Of a DNA stretch of 15,052 nt, positions 1 through 5,798 are shown piece by piece. Location of the stretch: assembly GCA_049970895.1 (NCBI GenBank), contig JBMFMB010000027.1:1-15052 (forward strand). The letters are read 5' to 3'. The notes under the pieces were generated by a model that saw nothing but the letters and a program-made list of their open reading frames with translations, ran no database searches and was not told the origin of the DNA. Within the stretch, counting starts at the first letter, position 1. Each line of letters opens with the position of its first letter. Source of the stretch: Candidatus Bathyarchaeia archaeon (GTDB lineage: Archaea > Thermoproteota > Bathyarchaeia > Bathyarchaeales > Bathycorpusculaceae). A program made the position numbers and the translations under genes.

Positions 1-217
1 CCGCAAAATCGTTAAGGGTTTCAGTGGCTATACGCCTCCTTTCATGCCTGGGCAAAAACCTATCACGCTCCACAAGTTCCAAGAAGTCTCTAATAGCGCC
101 CCTACTTGAATAGAATTGCATGAAAAGCTTCAACCCAGAAGCATACACATTACGAGTCCCAACCTTCAAAACTGAAAGAAACTCCGCCACCTCATCACAG
201 CCATCTAAACCCGCCAA
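1..217 (-). CDS. Tyrosine recombinase/integrase, N-terminal part (runs off the left edge)
   Basis: Not in the ORF track. Manual translation from TTG at 217 gives MAGLDGCDEVAEFLSVLKVGTRNVYASGLKLFMQFYSSRGAIRDFLELVERDRFLPRHERRRIATETLNDFA, open to the edge, with an in-frame stop upstream at 251-253. The FL..T...Y...L..F pattern resembles integrase core-binding domains, and a tRNA-derived att site is adjacent. The catalytic domain is outside the window. Confidence 0.7.
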   Translation of the reverse strand, partial: MAGLDGCDEVAEFLSVLKVGTRNVYASGLKLFMQFYSSRGAIRDFLELVERDRFLPRHERRRIATETLNDFA

Positions 218-348
218 CCAGCAGCCCCAATAACGGGAAGACTGGGCACTTTAAAACAAAAGGCATGGTGACGCGGGCCTCAACATAAACCAAACGCCAA
301 AACTAGCATAAGAAAACTTTAACTCAAATCATAGCTATAATATCCAAA

Positions 349-397
349 TGGTGTCCTCACATGAAAAACAAACCCGAAAACAAAGGTGAGGGCACCA
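349..397. repeat. 12-bp imperfect inverted repeat next to the att core
   Basis: TGGTGTCCTCAC (349-360) and GTGAGGGCACCA (386-397): 11/12 complementary (the mismatch is a G-U pair in RNA), 25-nt A/C-rich spacer. Confidence 0.7.
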
Positions 398-405
398 GAA
401 CTAGA

Positions 406-430
406 GGTTCAAATCCCGGCGGCCGCACCA
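406..430 (+). mobile_element. att site: duplicated 3' end of a tRNA (probably tRNA-Gly), right boundary of an integrated element
   Basis: GGTTCAAATCCCGGCGGCCGCACCA = T-loop, 3' T-stem, 3' acceptor strand, discriminator A and CCA. The 5' T-stem is broken (AGAGG instead of CCGGG) and no GCGGCCG 5' half lies upstream in the window. The acceptor matches crenarchaeal-type tRNA-Gly. An integrase-like gene is adjacent. Confidence 0.8.
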
Positions 431-499
431 ACAGTTTCTAAAATTTTGGATTCTGCCGCGGGACTGAACAGCGTTTACAAATGGTTTGATTGTGGATTT

Positions 500-609
500 T
501 GGCGGGCCCGCGGGGATTTGAACCCCGGTTCTCCGGCTCCGGAGGCTTACGCACATACATGTGCGACATGGTATGTTCGGCGCCTTAATCCATACTGGGC
601 TACGGGCCC
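500..609 (-). tRNA. tRNA-Arg(CCG) with a 31-nt intron (547-577) at position 29/30; CCA encoded
   Basis: The reverse complement folds as acceptor GGGCCCG/CGGGCCC-G-CCA, D-arm GCCC...AGGC and T-arm CGGGG-TTCAAAT-CCCCG. Removing 547-577 gives the anticodon arm CCGGC-CT-CCG-GA-GCCGG (anticodon at 540-542). A BHB motif is present at the junctions. Confidence 0.95.
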
Positions 610-660
610 AACAAGGGATAATTTAGCACTTTGTCAGAATTAATTGTTGCTGGTGCTGGT

Positions 661-1161
661 TTAGATTTCTATTAGTTCTTCGTTTATCCACCATGCCTTT
701 TTCTTTCCGCCCTTTTCGCCTGGATAATATTCTATTATAGGTTTGCCCAACTGTTTTCTTGAGGTTTTTTCTATTCTTCTTAGGCGGTTTAGGATTAGCC
801 ATCTATTAGTGTTTGTGTATTGGGCCAGTTCTGGTGTTGTTGCACCTTTATAATGCAGTAGATAGTCGACTATTTTGTGGTCTAGCTCGTCTATGCAGAA
901 GGTATGCGGGTTTGTTTTGCCCCTTTCATATGTGAGAAGCTCCAAGTCTGCGAGATACTTCCTTATTTGGGAGAATTCAGCCTCAAGCTTTTCCAGCCGC
1001 TTTTCAAGTTCGAGAATTTTGTCTGGTTTAGGCGTTTTTTGAAGTTTCTCTATTATGGCGTCCCTTATGAAGCTGCTTCTATCGCCTTCTGGGACGCGTA
1101 GAAGCAGTTCCTTGTAAACCTCTTCCGGTATTTTTACAGAAATCACTCTTAACTCGCTCAT
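661..1161 (-). CDS. Putative DNA-binding protein: N-terminal ribbon-helix-helix, coiled coil, C-terminal winged HTH
   Basis: RVISVKIPEEVYKEL...RSSFIRDAIIEKL is CopG/RHH-like; ILELEKRLEKLEAEFSQI is a heptad repeat; DELDHKIVDYLLHYKGATTPELAQ...ILNRLRRI is wHTH-like. Confidence 0.75.
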   Translation of the reverse strand: MSELRVISVKIPEEVYKELLLRVPEGDRSSFIRDAIIEKLQKTPKPDKILELEKRLEKLEAEFSQIRKYLADLELLTYERGKTNPHTFCIDELDHKIVDYLLHYKGATTPELAQYTNTNRWLILNRLRRIEKTSRKQLGKPIIEYYPGEKGGKKKAWWINEELIEI

Positions 1162-1189
1162 GAGGTTTGCACGCTCTTTTTCATGTTGC

Positions 1190-1225
1190 TGTTCTTTATA
1201 TCTTTCGGAAATCTTTTAAAAGCTA
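1190..1225. promoter_or_regulatory. Divergent archaeal promoter region (RHH gene / fbp)
   Basis: TATA-like TTTATA (1195-1200) and TTTTAAAA (1214-1221) between divergent starts at 1161 and 1269. Confidence 0.45.
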
Positions 1226-1268
1226 GGTGGTAAACTCTAGACCGAGTTCCGAATCAAAGTGATATGTC

Positions 1269-2390
1269 ATGCCTAAAAAAACCACAATTTCCCTTATAAA
1301 ATGTGATGTCGGCTCCTTGGCGGGACATCATGTTGTTCCAAAACCCATACTGAACATTGGGGAGAAAAACCTGAAAAAGGCTAAGGAAGAAGGCTTGATA
1401 AACAGTTATTATGTTTTCAATGTTGGAGATGACTTAGAACTCCTCATGGTGCATGAGCGGGGCGAGGCAAACCCAGAAATCCACAAGCTTGCATGGAACA
1501 CTTTTCAAGAAGCTGCCAACAAAGCCTTGGAACTGAAGCTTTATGGTGCTGGACAAGACTTGCTGAAAAATGCTTTCAGCGGAACAGTTCGGGGGCTTGG
1601 CCCGGGAGTTGCGGAAATGGAGATTGAGGAGAGAAAATCTGAACCCATAGTTGTTTTTGCGGCTGACAAGACTTCGGCTGGAAGCTTTAATCTACCCCTT
1701 TACCGAATATTCGCCGACCCGATGAGCACTGCTGGACTTGTTATAGATCCAAACATGGCTGGCGGCTTCAAGTTCGAGGTGGTTGACGCCCAGGAGGGTA
1801 AAAAGGTTGTGCTTAAATGTCCAGAGGAAATGTATGAGCTTGTCGCCTTAATTGGGACTGTTGAGCGTTACATAGTTTCGCGAGTTTGGCGAGCCAGAGA
1901 CGACCTAATATGCGCTTCAAGTAGTGTTACGAAACTTTCGCTGATTGCTGGAAAATATGTTGGAAAGGACGACCCAGTAATGATTGTGCGGGCACAGCAT
2001 GGTCTGCCAGCCGTTGGAGAGGTCCTCGCGCCTTTCATGCACAGTTATCTTGTGGCTGGTTGGATGAGGGGAAGCCACTGGGGACCCCTAATGCCCGTCG
2101 GTTTAAAGGATGCCAGATGCACGCTTTTTGATGGACCACCGCGAATAGTGGCTTTAGGCTTTCAGGTTGCAGATGGCGGAATAGCAAGCAATGATGACGG
2201 CAAGCCCATGATAACAGACTTTTTCGCCGACCCAGCGTTTGCCCTTGCAAGAAAGGAAGCATTAAAGTATGCAGCTATGCTTAGGCGTATGGGCGAGTTT
2301 GAGCCAGCCCGTCTCAGTGTCGAGTCTATGGAGTATACGACGCTACCGCAAGTCATTGGAAAGTTGAAAGAAAGGTTCACACCAATTTAG
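1269..2390 (+). CDS. fbp: Fructose-1,6-bisphosphate aldolase/phosphatase (class V FBPase, bifunctional)
   Basis: Signature motifs TISLIKCDVGSLAGH, GDD, LYGAGQDLL, ADKT, YVGKDDP (Schiff-base Lys), GWMRGSHWGPLMPV and FDGPPR; 373 aa. Confidence 0.97.
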   Translation: MPKKTTISLIKCDVGSLAGHHVVPKPILNIGEKNLKKAKEEGLINSYYVFNVGDDLELLMVHERGEANPEIHKLAWNTFQEAANKALELKLYGAGQDLLKNAFSGTVRGLGPGVAEMEIEERKSEPIVVFAADKTSAGSFNLPLYRIFADPMSTAGLVIDPNMAGGFKFEVVDAQEGKKVVLKCPEEMYELVALIGTVERYIVSRVWRARDDLICASSSVTKLSLIAGKYVGKDDPVMIVRAQHGLPAVGEVLAPFMHSYLVAGWMRGSHWGPLMPVGLKDARCTLFDGPPRIVALGFQVADGGIASNDDGKPMITDFFADPAFALARKEALKYAAMLRRMGEFEPARLSVESMEYTTLPQVIGKLKERFTPI

Positions 2391-2402
2391 GCATAGGAGT
2401 TT

Positions 2403-2951
2403 TCACTGCTGCCCTATTTTCGCTAACTCTTCGCATCGGCTCTTAACAACTTCGTAGAGTTTACTTCGCAACTCCTCTCCAGTGATGTTGTGCTCCCTTA
2501 TGAGGGCGGTTTTCTTGGCAAGTTCTATGTCACCCAACCATGTGAACCACGCTTCAAAGTCTCCGCGGTACAGGTGGAACTCTATTGAGCCTATGTCAAT
2601 TTTTTGGATTTTCTCACAGAAATCTCCTAGGCTTACGGCATAAACACCTAAAGGCTTGCCTATGTCCACGTAAAAGTGGAAGGCTTTTTCGGTTGGCACA
2701 TAAGCTAAAATCTGCCGAGCTTTTTCGCCATTTATTATTGGCAAGCCTAGGGCTTCCCTTCCCTTATCAGTTATGGCGTAATATCCCCTCTCTACAGCCT
2801 TAACATAACCCATTTTTGCCAAGCCGACAACATGCATCATTACCGTTGGGAAGCCAAGCCCCACCTCCTCTGCCACTTCTGCGGGTTTTATCGGCTTGTT
2901 AAGCATCCATATAGTCTCAAGGATAAGCCTTTTCACAGGAGATAAACTCAC
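2403..2951 (-). CDS. Winged-HTH fused to a DUF5752-like domain
   Basis: N-terminal wHTH (ILETIW...PAEVAEEVGL...LAKMGYV...YAITDKG). C-terminal AFHFY...AVSLGDF...SIEFHLYRGDFEAW...LGDIELA is typical of DUF5752. GTG start. Confidence 0.8.
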   Translation of the reverse strand: MSLSPVKRLILETIWMLNKPIKPAEVAEEVGLGFPTVMMHVVGLAKMGYVKAVERGYYAITDKGREALGLPIINGEKARQILAYVPTEKAFHFYVDIGKPLGVYAVSLGDFCEKIQKIDIGSIEFHLYRGDFEAWFTWLGDIELAKKTALIREHNITGEELRSKLYEVVKSRCEELAKIGQQ

Positions 2952-3076
2952 AGTGTCACCCTCTTTTACTATATTTAAGGCTCTCAGCTTTTCAGACTTT
3001 CGCTTCTGAATGGGTTAAACTAGCCTTGAAACAGATAATTTATAGAGCCACGTTCCACAAATAGAATAATTAGGGT

Positions 3077-3886
3077 TTGGGCTTGTCTGTGGAGAGGCTT
3101 TCAACCGGAGTGCCAGCCCTCGACAAAATGCTTGCAGGCGGGATTCCTAGAGGTTTTTCTGTGGCTGTTACTGGCGAGCCTGGCACTGGCAAAACTATTC
3201 TCTGCATTCATTTTATAGCGCAGGGCATAGTCGACGGTGACAAGTGCATTTATGTGACAACCGAAGAAAGCCGCGAGTCCATAATAACCCAAGCAAGCCA
3301 ATTTGGCTTCGACTTTTCCACAGCCATTAAGGACGGCAAATTAATACTTATTGATGCTTTGATGGGGACGGAGGACCAGTGGACTATTAAGGCTTTAAGC
3401 GTTGAGGAACTTGTAAACAAGGTTATTGAGGCTAAGAAGGCTTTAGGCTATGGAAGAGCCCGCCTAGTTATAGATTCGCTATCAGCCTTTTGGCTTGACA
3501 AGCCAGCCATGGCGCGGCGCCACTCATACTTTGTTAAGAAGGTTCTATCAAAATGGGACTTCACAATAATGGCAACTTCGCAATACGCAATAACTACTTC
3601 CGAGGCTTTCGGCTGGGGGGTTGAGCACATAGCTGACGGAATAATAAGGTTTAGACGTTTCGTTAGAAACGGCGTTTTAAGGCGCTATGTGCTTGTTGAG
3701 AAAATGAGGCAGACGCCCCATAGTCTCCAAATGCACGAAATCACCATCGAACATGGAAAAGGTCTTGTAATCCTTGGACCAGTCGAAGAGCGAAGAGAAG
3801 ACATAGCTCTCCCAAGGAAAGTTATGGAGAAAATACAAAAAGCGGCGGAGAGGCAGGATGTCGAACCTCCGAAACCTGGCGGTTGA
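3077..3886 (+). CDS. Single-domain KaiC-like RecA-superfamily ATPase (archaeal PAE1156-like family)
   Basis: LSTGVPALDKMLAGGIP, Walker A GEPGTGKT, catalytic TTEES, Walker B LVIDS, SAFWLDKPAMAR, EHIADGII and EKMRQT. TTG start with TTTATA at about 3039-3044. Confidence 0.93.
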   Translation: MGLSVERLSTGVPALDKMLAGGIPRGFSVAVTGEPGTGKTILCIHFIAQGIVDGDKCIYVTTEESRESIITQASQFGFDFSTAIKDGKLILIDALMGTEDQWTIKALSVEELVNKVIEAKKALGYGRARLVIDSLSAFWLDKPAMARRHSYFVKKVLSKWDFTIMATSQYAITTSEAFGWGVEHIADGIIRFRRFVRNGVLRRYVLVEKMRQTPHSLQMHEITIEHGKGLVILGPVEERREDIALPRKVMEKIQKAAERQDVEPPKPGG

Positions 3887-4730
3887 GCACTATTCAAGGG
3901 CTGAAGTTCAAAATGAGATAGCTGAATTCTGCAGGGGCAGATGGATGGCAGCCCACTGCATAGACATGGCCGGGAAGCTTGTTTTTAGGCGATATTTGGG
4001 CGGCAAACCAATGGCGATAAAAAGCGAAGAGGATTTCGCTGTGCTTTTGAAAAGGCTTAAGGGTACGGCTAGAGCCTTTTACGCCACCGCAAACAAGTAC
4101 CACGCAATAGAACGAGTGGAAGATGTCGACTTTTCAAAGGCTTACCGCTGCACCCCAACATGGGACATTGATGGGACACTGCAAAACTGGCGAGAAACAA
4201 TCGCTGTGGCAAAAGAAATACTTTCCATTCTAGAAAGCGAAGGTGTAAAAAAGTCTGTTTATGTGAAGTGGTCTGGAAACGGGTGCCACATCCACATCCA
4301 CGAAGAAGCCTTATCAGAAGCCGTCATCAGCAAAGCCAACCCGCTGGATTTTGCCTACGCCATTGTGGAATATGTAAATACGAGGGCGGTGCCAAAAATA
4401 ATTGGAAGCCTAAAGGCTGAAAACGTGCAAGTCGAAAACAGAATGGATGCTGGAAGAGTCTTCACATGTCCATTAAGCTTACACCGCCAACTGGACGTGG
4501 TGTGCATATGCCTAAAACCAAATGAGCTAGACGACTTTTCGCCAGAATGGATAAAACCAGCAAATTTTAGGCATAACCCCACGTGGCGGGATTTCCAAAA
4601 AGGAGAAGCCGACACCCTAGCCATAAAAGCCTACCAAACAGTTGGGGGCTACCCAGCCCCATTAGGAAGAAGAAAGCCGAAAAGTAAAAGACTAGACCAG
4701 CAGATAAACGAGTGGCTCAAGAAATTTTAG
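3858..4730 (+). CDS. Archaeo-eukaryotic primase (AEP) superfamily protein, LigD-PolDom/PrimPol-like
   Basis: Motif I WDID, motif II VKWSGNGCHIHI, and a motif III-like region VENRMDAGRVFTCPLSLH. Overlaps the KaiC-like gene by 29 nt. Confidence 0.75.
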   Translation: MSNLRNLAVEHYSRAEVQNEIAEFCRGRWMAAHCIDMAGKLVFRRYLGGKPMAIKSEEDFAVLLKRLKGTARAFYATANKYHAIERVEDVDFSKAYRCTPTWDIDGTLQNWRETIAVAKEILSILESEGVKKSVYVKWSGNGCHIHIHEEALSEAVISKANPLDFAYAIVEYVNTRAVPKIIGSLKAENVQVENRMDAGRVFTCPLSLHRQLDVVCICLKPNELDDFSPEWIKPANFRHNPTWRDFQKGEADTLAIKAYQTVGGYPAPLGRRKPKSKRLDQQINEWLKKF

Positions 4731-5068
4731 GATACCTTCTCCAGCTTGCCAATAAACCTCTTATACCAGTTTTCCAGCTCATCAGATGAAACTATGTGAA
4801 GCTCCACAGGCGCATCTAGTGATTCGTATATTATTGTTTTAATTTTAGAAGCTTCTTCGGGACTTATTTTATCTGTAACTATTAGGATGTCGATGTCGCT
4901 TGAAGCCGTAGGTTTGCCTTCTAACACAGAACCGAAAACATAAACTTCCACTTTCCCAAAATGTTTCTGAGCTATTTCCTTCACCTCTTTAACCACACGT
5001 TTGTAATTTTTAAGCTGTTCAAGTCTTTTCCTTCCAAACTCTAGGTATACATCAAATTTTTTCGACAA
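4727..5068 (-). CDS. Minimal nucleotidyltransferase (MNT), putative antitoxin
   Basis: VYVFGS-x10-DID motif. Start re-called to TTG at 5068, preceded by GAGGTG (the ORF track begins at 5092). Overlaps the 3' end of the HEPN gene. Confidence 0.9.
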   Translation of the reverse strand: MSKKFDVYLEFGRKRLEQLKNYKRVVKEVKEIAQKHFGKVEVYVFGSVLEGKPTASSDIDILIVTDKISPEEASKIKTIIYESLDAPVELHIVSSDELENWYKRFIGKLEKVS

Positions 5069-5438
5069 CTTTCTTAAACACCTCTCTAGCAAATTTCAAA
5101 ATGGCCTTCACCTCGCTCTCTTCATAGGGTCTGGGAAGATATCTGGCGCCTATATATGCGTCCTCGATTTTAGTCAAATACAGAACATTGTTAGAATCTT
5201 CAATGAAAGTTTTCGCATCTCTCGACATGCTAGACAGCAAACGCAATAAACCTATAATCGAATGAATTCTCGGATAAGTTCCAGTTTTCAGTAGAAGCTT
5301 ATATTTCAACATGAGTTGGCAGTATTGCTCAATGCAGAAAGCAGCCAAATCGTACTTTCCCTCATTAACCAGTTTCTCAGCGTTTTCAAGGAAGGCTTCA
5401 GCCCGCTCCCTTAAAATCTCAGCCTCTTTAAACGACAT
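5052..5438 (-). CDS. HEPN domain protein, partner of MNT
   Basis: AEAFLENAE...GKYDLAAFCIEQ...LKY...YPRIHSI...YIGARY helical HEPN pattern. ATG at 5438 preferred (TTG at 5447 possible). TATA-like TTTATA on the minus strand at 5468-5473. Confidence 0.9.
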   Translation of the reverse strand: MSFKEAEILRERAEAFLENAEKLVNEGKYDLAAFCIEQYCQLMLKYKLLLKTGTYPRIHSIIGLLRLLSSMSRDAKTFIEDSNNVLYLTKIEDAYIGARYLPRPYEESEVKAILKFAREVFKKVVEKI

Positions 5439-5561
5439 CTCAACCAAATTGTATACTTTCAGATTCCTATAAAAAGCTGAGCCTTACGAGTAGCTATCTA
5501 AAAACGTAAATAGGGGGCCCTCTTGCTACATTTAAGCCTACATGTGCTCTTCATAATCGGA

Positions 5562-5582
5562 AAATGCTATGAAGATGGCTGT
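5562..5582 (+). repeat. 21-bp direct repeat, copy 1 (putative attL)
   Basis: AAATGCTATGAAGATGGCTGT, identical to 7503-7523. Confidence 0.95.
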
Positions 5583-5798
5583 TTGCACGAAGACTAAAGA
5601 TTTCTCCCACAAAACCCTATCTTTCTGTCTTCCAAGAAAACAGCACAAGCTTAACCCTCAATTGGCTTTCGAGAGAAACTATAACCACACAAGACCCACT
5701 TGGAAAGTTGTGAAGAACGAATTACTTTAAAGTTTAACATTGATTTTCGTGATGGCTTAAGCTCTTTTTTCCGCAAGTTTTTTACTTTTATATATTAC

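Noticed and set aside
406-430. Functional tRNA or 3' half of a split tRNA-Gly
   Set aside because: The fragment starts mid T-stem, no 5' half or BHB-forming leader is evident, and the adjacent integrase-like gene makes an att site more parsimonious. Not fully excluded.
386-643. 85-aa ORF on the + strand
   Set aside because: It overlaps the att fragment and is antisense to tRNA-Arg; a spurious translation of RNA-gene sequence.
1204-1253. TTCGGAA / TTCCGAA inverted pair in the fbp upstream region
   Set aside because: Only 7 bp with a long spacer; compatible with chance.
3077-3886. True circadian clock kaiC
   Set aside because: Single domain, with no kaiA or kaiB in the window; it belongs to the archaeal KaiC-like families.
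5700-5798. ORF-track N-terminal extension of the B12-radical SAM gene
   Set aside because: T-rich, promoter-like sequence containing a TATA box, with no family-like residues.
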